64,000 bases of DNA from positions 2,262,527 to 2,326,526 of the forward strand of contig MU057880.1 in the NCBI GenBank assembly GCA_013265495.1. Reading direction: 5' to 3'. Source of the DNA: Vicugna vicugna (lineage: Eukaryota). Under the pieces are notes generated by a model. That model had not been told where the DNA came from, made no database searches, and saw only the letters and a list, made by a program, of their open reading frames with translations. The translations under genes were made by a program, and so were the position numbers. Shown in pieces: positions 1 to 13,130 of the stretch; position 1 is the first letter of the stretch, and each line of letters opens with the position of its first letter.

Positions 1-28
1 ATTATTGAGTAAAAAAACATAGTTATGT

Positions 29-166
29 ATATAATACATATATATATATATACATATATATCTAGATATATATATCTAAATATATATGGCCATATATATA
101 TACATATATATCTAGATATATATATCTAGATATATATGGCCATATATATATCTAGATATATATGGC
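29..166. repeat. Complex (TA)n microsatellite with palindromic TCTAGA/TGGCCA interruptions
   Basis: A ~50-bp higher-order unit catatatatatacatatatatctagatatatatatcta(a/g)atatatatggc occurs twice, plus a shorter copy. Confidence 0.9.
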
Positions 167-191
167 ACTGTTATATTTTTGTGTTTTTTCC

Positions 192-308
192 TTTTTGGCG
201 GGTGGTAATTAGGTTTATTTATTCATTTTTAATGGAGGTACTGGAGATTGAACCCAGAACCTCGTGCATGCTAAGCACACATTCTACCACTGAGCTCTAA
301 CCTCCCCC
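192..308 (-). mobile_element. tRNA-derived SINE (camelid Vic-1-like)
   Basis: Reverse complement reads GGGGGAGG..AGCTCAGTGGTAGA..GCTTAGCATGCACGAGG..GGTTCAAT..AGTACCTCCATT..AATAAACCTAATTACC, with Pol III A/B boxes; matches the other copies in the window. Confidence 0.85.
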
Positions 309-1984
309 TGATTTTTTTTTCATCCCTAATTGCTAAATTGGTTACTCTTTTACACTGATGTTGTCTTACCAAACTGGTACTGAGTTTGTTCGGCTTTCTG
401 ATGGGCATGTTATTTTTGAGTAGAGCGTTCTTAACCTTGATTATTCATAGGTAAAAGGGTTCCTGGATACTTTCTTGGGGCCGGGTGAGTCCTGTGAAAT
501 TGTATGCCACTGTGTGAAAACTATGAGAGTCTGTACTGAGAGATATAATTTTCTGGCTTGAACGCTCCTGCCTTTCATCAGATTCTCAGAACTTTCTCAA
601 GCGATTGGTTTACAAGGATTTTAAAAAAAGTAGCTCTTGTTATACTTGGTTCAGAAGTTTAACCTACTTGAGGAATTCTGAAGCCTGGTTTTATAATTGG
701 AGCTATTATAAAGGAACAGAGAATTATAGGCATTTTGAGCAAATCATGTCAAGGTTTGTTTTGTCTCATGAGCTTCCTACGTTATTATATTCTTCTGCCC
801 AGACCGTCCCACAGCGTGCTCTCCACCATAGTGGTGCTACTGGATCCTTCTACCATACCATAATACGCACAGTCAGGTCTGCACACTGCCTGTCATACCT
901 CTCATCTGGCACAGAAAAATTAAGCTCTGGGCTAACTAAAACAAGTCTCGATCTTGGAATTGTGGTAAGAAAGGGAACCGTGAGAAGAATATCTCAAAAT
1001 TCTCCTTGTTTAAAATGGATATATGTGTGATTCTCAAGTCTGACCAAGAGAATGGGGATTCTTTTTTTAAAACAAGTACTTGACTTTTGATTTCAGAAAG
1101 GGAAAAATAGCTTCTTCCCTGAATGTGATCAGCTCTTTGGATGAAATCTTGCAGTTGCCTGCAGTTTTATTTTAGGGATCTCAACGGGATGGTGAAGTCA
1201 TTCCAAATATGAATTTAGTACAACTCAGGCCCACGGAAACAGATTTGATGGCATCGCAAGAGGGTGCTGACATCTTTGCTTATAATATAGTGAGGGACTT
1301 GGATCAATTCCTTTTAGGTGAGCTGTCCTCAGAAAGCAGCGGTGGGCGGAAGTTAACCCACATGCCATCCTCTTTACCCACTAAATGTTCTTTATAAATG
1401 TGTCTGCAGGTGAAATGTGGGCTTTACTCCTGCGTTCAGCCAGTCGACAAATGTTTGTTTATTAATTATCTGTCGTGGGTGAGGTGCTTTGTTATACTTT
1501 GGGGGTTACATTAGTCAAAGAACAATGAAAATAAAACAACTGCCTCAGCAAAGTCCAGGATCCTTTAAGAGTTTATTAATTAAATCACACAGATACGTTA
1601 AAAACTACGTAATCCAGTAAATAAATGAATATGCATGTGAGACTGTGTTCATTGTGAAAGATAAACAGTTTTTGCTTTTAGTATAGCTTCATTTTTCTGT
1701 ACTTTTTAACCGTAATAATAATGCATCTTTTAAATGCTCTTATCTTCTCTAAATTAATGTGGAATTTGTCATTTGTGAAAGAGTACCAAATTCTGGAAGA
1801 ATATTTACAGTTAGAAGTACAATTAATATCAACTCTCCTGTGCCAAGCAGTGGCATGAAGCCAGAATCCACCAAACGAATAATAATTGGTGAAAATGTCT
1901 CCCACTTCATTGGTAGGATTAGAAACACCCCACAAATAGCCCATTAGAAAGTGGTTAAGCAGAAAAAAGTTACTAGGATTATTC

Positions 1985-2473
1985 TTTTGTATTTTTATTG
2001 AAGTATAGTCAGTTTACCATGTTGTGTCAATTTCTGGTGTACAGCACAGTGCTTCAGTCATACATGAACATGTATGTGTTTGTTTTCATATCATTTGATA
2101 CTGTAAGTTACTACAAGATATTGAACATAGTTCTCTGTGGTATACAGTACGAACTTGCTCATCTATTTTATATATAGTGGTTAGTATCTGCAAATCTTGA
2201 ATTTATTCTCGAATCCCAATGTATCCCTTCCCAGCCCCTTCCCCCACCCCGCAAAAGGAGGCAAGAACATACAATGGAGTAAAGGCAATCTCTTCAGCAA
2301 GTGGTGCTGGGAAAACTAGACAGCAGCATGTAAATCAACGAAGTTAGAACACTCCCTCACATCGTACACACGAATGAGGTCAAAATGGCTTAAAGACTTA
2401 AACGTAAGACAAGACACTGTAAATGTCTTAGAAGAAAACATAGGCAGAACATTCTCTGACATAAATCTCACTG
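1985..2473 (-). mobile_element. 5'-inverted L1 insertion: antisense 3' end (~1985-2251) joined to sense ORF2 fragment (~2252-2470)
   Basis: Left part matches the L1 3' UTR/poly(A) seen elsewhere in the window. Right part translates [47 protein letters not shown] (L1 ORF2). Degenerate TSD taggatt(a/g)tt(c/a)tttt near 1974 and 2474. Confidence 0.85.
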
Positions 2474-3437
2474 TAGGATTGTTATTTTTGCTGCTGTTGT
2501 TTGCACCTACCTTGAAGTAAAGCACTGTGAAAGTAATAGGCATTACCAAGTTTCATGAAAACAAAGGAAAAGTTCTCCTCGGTGTGCTGAGCTGGGTAAG
2601 GAGGCTACCAGGGAAACAGACACTGAAGAATTCATCACTCAGATGTTTAGGTCGAAAGATTTCATGGAGTCATGTGATGTCGCAGGAAAAAAATAGGATT
2701 TAAACTCAAAAGACCTGGATTGAAGGTTAACGTTATCATTTGTCATTGGGGTCACTCGACATCCAGGTCTTCTGGGGACCTTCATGGTTTGTCTTTGTCC
2801 TGACACAATTGAAAATACCACCCTCTTTCATTCTCAGATATGTGTTGGTTTGGACAGGAAGCTATAGGGTCATCCAACTGTGACAGCCAACCCAATTTTT
2901 ACAGTAATGAAGTTTGCATAATACATTTGGTCTTGAAGGTGGTTGTGAGAGCTGGGAAAAACCTGTGTAAGAAAATGTTTTGTAATCTGAAAATCACTGT
3001 AAGAACTATGAAGAGGTATATAAATATTAGTGTATTTATTTGGGCAGGATGACTAAGGTGAATGTAGAAATGAGAGTAGGTTTATTTTAGTCACTCATCC
3101 TTGGACACAGTGGTGTTACTCTTGTGTGGTAGTTTTATTTTCCCAAAGTATGGTATGTTGAAATCAAGACACAGACCATGATGACAAGGATTATTGAAAC
3201 CTAGACTTGACTTGTGATTAGGAAAAGGGATAGATTCCATCGCATTAAAGTTTCAATGGCTTTCCTAAACTAAGTGAGAAAAATGGAACCAATTAGTGTG
3301 GAATTTCATCAATGTTCCATTGAATTTTGAATTTAAGTTCTTACAATTTACTTATTATCTTTAAGAAGTACTTACACATCCTTCTATGAGCTTTGGAAAA
3401 TGATAATAATTTTATTCTTTTTATAAGTCATTGCTAG

Positions 3438-3961
3438 TGTTAGTGAGTCCAAACTCATCCTGCTTGCTACATGACAGGCCAGTAAATCGGGAGAATGAGA
3501 TGTTTGTTGGGGCAAGGAATAATGACTTTATTCAGAAAGCTGGTCGACCAAGAAGATGGGGGATGAATGTCCTGGAGAACCGTCTTCCCCAAGTCAGAAT
3601 TCAGGCTACTTTTACACTAAAAGGGGAGGGGGTGTGGTTGGTTGTTGCAAACTTCTTGGTGTCAGAATCCTTTGTTCTTTCACCTGTCCCTGTAGATCAG
3701 GTCATAATGTCCCTATAAACCTCCAATAAGACACATGTTATTCTCTGTTCTGCAACTTTTTATCTCTATATGAATGGAAAAGTGTTACACCCTTAAAGGT
3801 CAGAGCCTTGAGGATGGGCTCTCCTGTCTATGTCAGGCTCTAGGCAACATCCTTTTACAAAAGGTGCAGAACCAGCATGACTGAGCCCAGGAAACAGAGC
3901 CCAGGGTTAGAGCCAAAGGAACAGGTCTAATATGGAGTCAGATTTGTTCTTTGTTGTTACA
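3438..3961 (-). mobile_element. Solo ERV LTR (copy 1)
   Basis: TG...CA termini; AATAAA on the minus strand at 3527-3532; collinear high similarity to 8733-9270. Confidence 0.8.
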
Positions 3962-4782
3962 GCAGTAATCACAAATGTTAGTATCCTTAGGAATTTGATC
4001 TTAAGTGAGCAATTTCTCAAAGGAAGCAAAAAAAAAAAAAAAAAAGGAAGCAGTTTCCATGGAGTGCTACTCCTGGACTCAGTTTTATTTCAGATGGTAC
4101 CATTTAATCTCTATCAAATGGTTGCATCTTAGCTTTTTGCACTTCTTCCTGAAAAGCTGCTAGAGGACCTGTGTTAATTTCAAACAAAAGCAAGCAAAAA
4201 CAGTTTTTACCAATAGCAAACGAGTTTCCAGGAAGAAGATACTAATTCTGCCGAAATCTAAGAAGCCATTCACCAAACAGCATATGGACTGCAGAAAAAA
4301 CTCGGCAAGCAAGAGCCAGCTCACCATTTGGAACTTTTAAAAATATAATTCAGGAGCAAGATATTAGGGGATAATGATGACTGTCTCACAGGGTTGTTAA
4401 AAATAGTAAATAGCTAGTGGATAAGGAAACATCTGGTCAGTGACCTGCAATTTTGAGTGGCTCCTCTATAAATGTGAGTTGAGTAGATGAGCGAGATTTG
4501 GAAAGAATGAGGCATCAAGGGAACACAGCCTACAAATAATGCTCTTTCTTTTATTTTTTTTCTATGCCAGCCAAGACCCTCTCCCTTATAGATTCGTACA
4601 AATGACCACAGAGAAAAGTTCATTTGACTGACTCAGATAACAATTATTACAGGCTTTTTGTGTCTTTTCAATCATTCAAATGATTTTTACTTCCAAAATC
4701 TGCCATTGAAGATTCTGAACCACCTAGATTGGGATTTGAGGTCACCAAAAGACTCAATTTTACTCTCTCTGTCTACTGGCAG

Positions 4783-4843
4783 GGAGGAACTATTCTCAAG
4801 CATCTGGACTGGCATAGAAAAGAGGAGAAAGAACATTTAAAAG
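4783..4843 (+). other. PDGFC: Candidate alternative cassette exon in PDGFC intron 1
   Basis: Pyrimidine tract ttttactctctctgtctactggcag ends at 4782; purine-rich body; strong donor AAG|gtaagc at 4844. No transcript evidence available. Confidence 0.55.
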
Positions 4844-7800
4844 GTAAGCAAAACATGTATTTTTGTTTACTCTACATTTTCAGCCTGTTCTCCCACACTC
4901 TAAGATAATCTCACCTGATCAAGGCTTGTCCAGTGAACCCTAGTAAAGAAGAGAACGTTTTAGGTGGACGGACACTCTTTGCTGATTCTTCCACAGGAAC
5001 AAGTGTAGACTTGAACAAGCCCTCCTTTCTTAATGGAAGTCTTTTCTGTCCTGGTGCTTCTAAATTTCCGCCTGGCTATGCCAGTGTTTCAGTACTGTTG
5101 TCATGTTGCTCGTGCTCTTCAGACTGCAGTGTGCTTGCTGAAACACCTCTGGTCTCATTTCTGTATTGTCTGATAAGTCAAAGATCTGGCATATTATTTG
5201 GACTGTTCCGGTGTAGCGAGGATTAGAAGTGTGTTTTGCAAAGTGTAATCGATTATTCTGGTGTTTTTTGACTTTTTTCCCCCTCTTTCACGTCTATTTA
5301 TTTTCTTTGGAGGAAAATACTGAATAAAAGGACCTTGTTAATTACTGAGTAAAAGGCTTAATACATATTTTTATCAGGTTTTGTGAGTTTTGTTTGTTTG
5401 GTTTGGTGTTTTGCTTGCCCATCATGGATCCTTTGTTTGGGTTACCACAGGGCGATCAGATCTTAAAGCCTGACCACTAGTTGTTATAAAATAAGTATTT
5501 TGATGGTGTGTGTGGTGGTGCTGGAATAGATCTCTGGAAATTTAAATCATGTAGTTTAAATGGTTAGTTGTTCTTAAGGCTTCTGTTAGGCATAGCTTTC
5601 TTAAAAAGCCATTATCTCAGCTTGAGCATATAACCACCATGTTATTAGTATTACTACACTTGCTGTAATTAAATTAAGTATAATTGGTACTTTCTCCTCT
5701 GTTAGTTTTCTCGGCTTTTCCTTGCCCCCTGGGCATGCATTTCTGTGTCTCTGTTCCATCCTTTGGACAATGTTCCATTTTTTTCAGGACAGGATTGGAT
5801 GCACTTATAGGGAACATGGGTGGAGAGTCTCCCAACTTCAAACTTGGACTGTACGGCCACGAATTTTCAAGGAAATACTCTGTTCAGACAGGTGTGTTCT
5901 CGTGCTGGGAGGCCACGGATGCAGCAGGTCCCTTTGCTGGCCAGGGGATTAAACTCACATCAACAGTGCGAATACCATAAAGAAGGATTCTTAAATCTTG
6001 TGGCATCTGACAACGTCCAGTCTGCCAGATGTGTCCTCAGAGTCTTCCTGGAGGTCAGAAGAGAGGAGAGTAGATATTTTTGGATAATGTTGAAGGAACT
6101 AGTGGTCCTGAGGTATTAGAGAATCATGTCTCCTCACAAATGGAACTTCTTTCTGGTGGACTTGGTCAAGTCCAGTCCAGCCCCTATTTTGAATTTTCAC
6201 TCAGAATTCAAAGACTTATCTTCTGGAATCTGTCCTGTCCTCTGTTTCATCTCCTCTTTTTAGACCACTTGCTTCTGGATCTTTGGTTTGTTTCTTGAAC
6301 TACCATCCTAAGACTAGCTGTGGCTGAAGAATTCTGCTAATGGTTATATTCAAGCCAGTTACACAATATCTTCATGTGTATGTTTACTTATTTTTTAATG
6401 ATAGACCCACGGAATGATAAAACAAAGGAAGCTGACAGGAGATAGCTTGGCATGCTTAGGTATTCTCAGGATCATGATGAAAACTGTCTTTGCTTTGAGA
6501 AATATAATTTAACTGATCTATTTTCCCACCAAAATTATGTGTTCTGTTATTAATTTATGGCACTCATGTCTTTGAAAAGCCTCACGTTTATATTTTATTA
6601 GTATTTTAACTTCCCTTTAAGATTGACGAGGGTTGTTGAACGTGGAGTGTGGGCTGGGGAGGTGACGTTTGCCTGCAGGCAGAATGGTGTGGATATTCAT
6701 GAGTGTTAAGTTGGTTTGAACTTAGCCTGTGAAAGGCAGTCCTGTCCAGTGTAAGTGTACTGCATTTATTCCTGCTCTCTTGGTGTGGAATTACTCCAGA
6801 AACCAAAGATCTTGCTACACATATAACTGATAAATCTCAAATAGTGCTTATGGAACTACAAACCCTTTATCAGTAATTGACAGCATTCCGAACATCAGAT
6901 GGGAGGACGTGATCTGTATGGAATTGACCAAATTTATTATTTTGCCTGCCTTTGGATGTTACTCGTAAGAAATTCGTAGGCTCATTACATATAAGTTATG
7001 TGCATTCACCTTGGAACATAAAATCCTAAATATAAGTAGAGAATCTGACTTTTCAGCGTTAATGACTGCTAAATATAATAAGATGGAAAGAAATGCATTC
7101 CTATTTGATCGTTTCTTAGGAATCATTTCCTTAGCCTAATGCAGACCTTGCCCTAAAACAGAATTTTAAATATTTTAAATATTCCCTGAGCTCATGAACG
7201 AATGGCCTTATTTGCCCTTTTTTGACAGAGGAAGTTTGTATTTGATTACCTTTTCATGATTATTACTCTTGATGAAATTGCTGGTTAACTCCATCTGAAT
7301 GTTATAAATTACACGTCCAGTACAGATGGAAAATTGACAGACGCTGGTTCTCCAAACAGACGAGGTTCTCCATTGAATACATCTTTTTCTTAAATAAGCA
7401 TGTTTGTTAGGCTGTACAATATGATTTTATGCTTCGTCGCGTTAGCCAGTTTTTGTCATAATATCTCATGTAAATGCATTTCGCTGCTTAAAACATTTCA
7501 GAGCTCCTAACTTTTAATGTAAACTTTCTACACTAAATAATTTAATTCAACAAGACAGTTGATTCAGTATTGAAAAATGAAATCACTATTGAACTTTTAA
7601 AGTGAATGTTTCTTTTGTAAAGCGAATTAATCCGAATTTATTTATCTCTGTTCATTCTGGTTTTGGCCTCCTTGTGGTATCTGAAATAACACAACTTAAG
7701 AATGAAAACTAATAGCATTGCCCAGACACGTTTCCCTGTAGTGGTGTGTCTAATGTGTGGTAGGCAATTATATTCATTACTAATTGGTATGAATCAAAAG

Positions 7801-8732
7801 CTTTAAGGAGATTCTGTGTATATATACTTGGCTCTTCATCCTGCAGGGTGATAGGTACAAAGATTATTGCTATTTGCCTCTCGTAATTGAGCTTTTGTAA
7901 TTTTAAAACATTATATCCTATTGTATACAACCAAAATAGGTGATTTTTACCATTATCTTAAGGCTCAAACGCCATACAGTCAAATCGTTACCATTTCTCT
8001 GTCTCATGCCTCAACACCAGAAGAATTTTGTAGATCTTCCTTGATGTGTCCTTTATGACTCAAAGTTAAGGTATTTAAGTGCACAGACAGGGAACACCAG
8101 TGATAATCACACCAGGATAACAGGCCGGAACCACAGCCACTCCTGGAAAACCTAAACACGTCACTATGCAGTGATTTTGGTTGCATTTATAAAAATCTTA
8201 ACTCTCATTGGCTTCAATAGTAAAAGTGAGGCACAGAGGTGGGCTGAGTTTGTTGTGTGGTTTGGGCTGGAATCTGGCTCCCAGTGGCTCTTCTACTGTG
8301 TATCTGTCTACCTCTGGGCACTGACTCTTCCATCAGACCGGATTCAACAGGACTGCTTATTGGATACGGCAGTTCTAAACCTCATGTCTGCACCCAAAAT
8401 GGTCCAATCCCCAACTGTTGAGAAAAAATAAATAAATGAATCATTGGATTCACTCTGACTGGCCCATTAGAGCCACCCATACAGTGAGGGGGATGGACTC
8501 GTATGTATCTCTGGATTTTGTCAAAGTGGGTGTGCTTCACAGAGGGTGAGGGGAGCTGGGAGGGTGCTCACTGTGAAGACTCTCTCTGTACATGAAAGGT
8601 CTGCTGTGAACGCCCTGAACACAGGCCCTCATTTCCTGCTGTTGCTCATAGTTAGACAGGAGGGCAATGGCTGAATTCTTTTACTTCTTATTAGACACAG
8701 AAGAATTCAAACCTTTTTTAAAAAGATAGTGT

Positions 8733-9270
8733 TGTTACTGAGTCCAAACTCATTCTGCTCACTGCATGACAGGCCAATAAATCAGGAGACAAGGTGTCGG
8801 GGCAAGGAATAGTGACTTTATTCTGACAGCCAGCAGGCCGAGAAGATAGGGGACTAATGTCCTGGAGAACCATCTTCCCCAAGTCAGAATTCAGGCTTCT
8901 TTTCTACTAAAGAGGGGAGGGGGTGTGGTTGGTTGTACAAACTTTTTGGAATCCTTCATTCTTGCAGCTGTCCACGTGTGTCAGCTCATGGTTCCCATGT
9001 GTGTCAGCTCATGGTGCCCCTGTAAAACCTCTAACAAAACAAACATCATTTTCTGTTCTGCAACTTGTTATCTTTATATAAGTGCAAAAGTGTTAATATC
9101 TTTAAAGGTCAGAGCCTTGAGAATAAGCTCTTCTGTATATTTCAGGCTAAAGGCAACATTCTTTTACAAAAGGTGCAGAGCCAGCGTGACAGAGCCCAGG
9201 ACACAGAGCCCAGGGTTAGAGCCAAAGGAACAGGTCTAATGAGGAGTCAGATTTGTTCTTTTCTGTTACA
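8733..9270 (-). mobile_element. Solo ERV LTR (copy 2, same family), with an internal ~23-bp tandem duplication near 8976-9020
   Basis: TG...CA termini; AATAAA on the minus strand at 8817-8822; similarity to 3438-3961. Confidence 0.8.
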
Positions 9271-9896
9271 GGCTAAGGAAATGACAACATTTCTTCAGTT
9301 ATCCTTTTCCCCTCCTTCTTCAGTCAGCGTGTAGGAGGGAATCAGAAATTGGCCATTTCTGCCAAAAAATGACAGCTTCTTGCTTAATCAATTTGATCCT
9401 TGTGAAAGTTGGATTCCGTATACGTATTGAACAATTCTGATTATCTTCCCTAGCAATCTCCTATCAGAAAAACTTGGTACCTGATAATCACTTTTCTTCC
9501 TCACTGTATTTGAACTAGATAGAATATGATGACCAAAGTGTCTCCTTCATGTAATACTGATTTGTAATTATCAAGGTAGTTAATTTATACAAATATCACT
9601 TCATTTGAACTTTAAAACAGCCTCTGGTTATCTTTAATTTATTTAAAAAAAACCCCTGATATCAAGTGTCTTGCCTAAAATCACAGGTTTTATCAGCACT
9701 GATTCATATTTCAAAGTTAAAATAATGACAATAATTGTGGCATTCTCAGTCTGGTAAAATTATAGAACATGTTTTATTTAAAAATAAGTTACCATGTTTA
9801 GAAAATGGCAAATCTCAGTAATGAGTAATCTGAAACCTGTCACCTTCAGCTAAAAAATATATATATATATATATACATATGTAGATGAACATACAC

Positions 9897-9956
9897 ATAT
9901 TTTACTCAAAGTTCATCTCTTATAATCATAGGTTGTATGAACTTTGAGTAAAATAT
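9897..9956. repeat. Perfect 20-bp inverted repeat with 20-nt spacer
   Basis: atattttactcaaagttcat (9897-9916) is the exact reverse complement of atgaactttgagtaaaatat (9937-9956). Confidence 0.95.
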
Positions 9957-10129
9957 CAATATGAATTAAGGGACTTTAGCTGGAGAAGAATATACATTGT
10001 AAAAGCTGCTTATTCTTATAAGTACGGTCTGAGGACGCTTAGGAATGAAAGATGGAATGTTGAAATCATATGTGAAACTGGTTTTTTTTTTTTGGCCATG
10101 TTCTATTATAGCAAGTTTCTTTACAGCAC

Positions 10130-10370
10130 CAGTGTATACTAGGCAGTGCCAGGTGCCAGGTATAAAGCGAGGTACAGGTGTGGACATGAAAATCCGTCTT
10201 CCCTGGAAGTTTTTCTGCCTCACTAGAAGGTCAGAGTGTGGTGGGAAAGAGAGAGACGTCAGCTCATACGTGATGATTAGAATGTGCACAATGAGGATGA
10301 AGGATTACATCCCCAAAAAGGGCACTTCTGACGTGGGTTTTGATAATTGAATATGGAGCTTACTGGTATA
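10130..10370 (-). mobile_element. Degenerate L2 LINE 3' fragment
   Basis: Resembles the L2 3' end in antisense (actaggcagtgccaggtgccaggtataaag...ccctggaagttt..ctcactagaagg). Confidence 0.45.
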
Positions 10371-13130
10371 CCTAGTCTAGGAATGATCCCAAATCAGAGT
10401 CCCAGAGCTGTCCCATTAAGAGGACAAGGCATTGTTTTGTTTCTGGTGTCCCAACCCCTCTGTACAGAGAGTGAACCTTAATAGGTTATCAATATATGAT
10501 TTCTGACTGCTCACCCCCTTGAGGAGTAAAATGATTAACTATGTTCTGGAATAAATTCAAGATCCTCAGTTGGACATATTTTAAATAATTATATTTGTTT
10601 TTTATGGCTTACTTAATGTGGCAATCTCTTTTATTTTTCCTCAGCGAACATTTATTCTTGTAATTTGTAAAAGGTGTGCGGTAGACATCACTAACTTTTT
10701 TGATTGTCTTTGTTTTAATTTGCCATTGTTTTAAAGGTATGGGAGATGGTAGATTGATTCAGTGATAAAACAAAAACTAGACTCTGAGTTTTCTGTCTAG
10801 CATATTATTGTACTTTTATATTAGTCATCAGAATTTAGAATATTAAGCACGAAAATGGTGTACTTGTATATAGTTTGGAATGTATATAGAGTGACTTGTT
10901 TGCATGTGGAATTCAAGTATGCCTTTTCTCTACAAAATCAGAAAAAGCTTAGGTGAGATTACTCTGGATTTTCTAGGCAAAAAGGTGCCAATTTATGGAG
11001 CCAGTGCAACTAGCCATATATACATATAGTATATAGGTATGCATATGTATATACGTGTGTGTATGTATATATATGTCATATGAGTTTAATCAACTTTTGT
11101 TAAAAGTGAAATTTGTTAATGGAGAGTTAATGAGATTGAAAGTAGAAATAGCCATATAAAAACTAGCAAGATTAAGGTAAAGAAATACTATCACAGACAA
11201 AAAAAAAAAAAAAAAAAAAAGTGGCGAGCAGAGCAAATTCTACCTTGCTCAGAAAATTCTTTTTTGATGTTATCTTTTTAAATAATACAACTTCTTCAAT
11301 AATTACATTTTTATTGCTTTTTATGATTCTCTTATCCCTGCCCCCTTTCATTCATAATAAATGCACCTGAAAGGGACCGACAGTATGAAATGCAGGGCAA
11401 ATATCGCGAAATCACTCTGATTTTAATGATAAGCTTACTGACTATATACAGATGTGTGATGACTCTTTGTTCTGAATTGTGTGTGTCCATGCATAGTTGA
11501 CAGTTTTGCAGTATTTACGTTATTAATCTCACATCCTTTCCTTTTCTGTTTTTGTTTCACGTTAGTTTTCAATGCTTTTTGCCTTAAGGAGAGTTGAGCA
11601 GGATAGTATGATATGGTGTATAATGTTAATTTTTAAAAATTTACTGTTTATGTGCATTTTCATTTTTCATGCTAATCTGATTATCTAGATAAAACAAGAC
11701 TTAGTCCCGTTTAGGGAACATTTGCAAGGAGTGTGTTGTAGATAATGATTTGGCTACAAGCATTTGGTTTATTGGCATTGGCACTTTCTCTGAGCATGCT
11801 GTCCATTGGACACAGGAAAAGCAAACGTTCCATAAAGTAGTCACAAAATCTATGCTTGCCTCATCCCTAAAACCCCAGTAAAGCTGTATGTTTGAAAAGA
11901 TGATTTTTTTAAACAACCAAACTATAAATGCAGAGTCTTAACTTGGTAGAACCTAGTCTAGTGTTTGTTGTTTCTTCTTCTCTTCTTTTTTTTTGATTAA
12001 AGGCCTGGTTGTTTGAGATTTACATAAAATGTTGACAGTCGTGTGCAAATCATATGTATTCGGTGCAAACCTCACTGTATTCTGAGATGATTTGAGGGAG
12101 CAGCAATTTAACTTAAAAGGACATTTACAATTCTTTTACCACAATTAAGGCCTAGCTTTTCAGTCTTTAAATTATGTTCAATTATAGTTTAATGGAATTG
12201 TGAACTATAAAGGAAAAAAAGATGCAAACTCAATTTAAGTATATACATTTTAGCCATGAGTGTTTTTGACTGGAGTTACAAAAATAGACTTCAGATCTTT
12301 CAGTGGCAATGTAGTGTTCTAGACTCCATATGAGGGAATAAACACTGCTGTATTTGTAAAGAGGGCCTTGAATGATATAAGGCACTCTTTTTTTTTTTTG
12401 AGACCAAATGGGGCAAATAGTAAATTTTAATAGACCTGACTGAAAAAAATAATTCATTTAAAAATGCTAGTTGCCAAAATGAGAAGGACTCTTGATATAA
12501 ACTAGTGCTTTAAAACTCCTCTGAAATATGTAGACTATTGTATTACTACTTACAGAGTGGGGAAATGTCTCATTTTTAAAGGAATTCTTTGAAAACTGAC
12601 AACATATTAATTTAGTTTTAGGAGTAAATTATCATTGTTTTCTTAAAAAAACTTGTCAGTATAGAGGAGAATTCATTTAACTGTGTTCTTAGGAGATAAG
12701 TCATGGTGATAAATGATGTGCATAGGAGAAATATTGATCATCTCATATTTGGCAGGATAGCCTATGGCTGTATTGAGCAATAGTATCCAATAAGAGGGAG
12801 CCTACTTCTGCTCAGGTTACTTATTGTTGGGGACAAGTTTAGGCACTGGGAAGAGAGCAGCTGAAATTAAACTGTTTAATTTAAAAATTCCATGGTGCTT
12901 AAAGCATATTTACCACTATGATGATACTCCCCATAATATGCACTGAATATATTTAAAGAAAATTACGTTTGTCTTTATCTTGTCTTCCTAATTAACAGTT
13001 AAACAATATAAAATAACACCTACCAGACTCATTGTTGAAACAGCTGTTTAAGAGAACAAAAAATTTGCTTTAAGAATTATAACTACAACTTGTTAAAATC
13101 ATGTTGGGCCTTTTAACAATAAGACAAATA

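Noticed and set aside
4571..4782. Longer upstream acceptors (AG ending 4570 or 4591) for the candidate exon
   Set aside because: Both hit TGA within a few codons, and the proximal acceptor at 4782 gives a more typical small exon; not separately supported.
4920..6380. Protein-looking frames on both strands (possible decayed pseudogene or reverse transcriptase)
   Set aside because: Several stops in every frame and no family I could recognise; BLASTX would be needed.
3438..9270. Intact provirus between the two LTRs
   Set aside because: No primer-binding site, polypurine tract, shared TSD or gag/pol/env-like translation between them.
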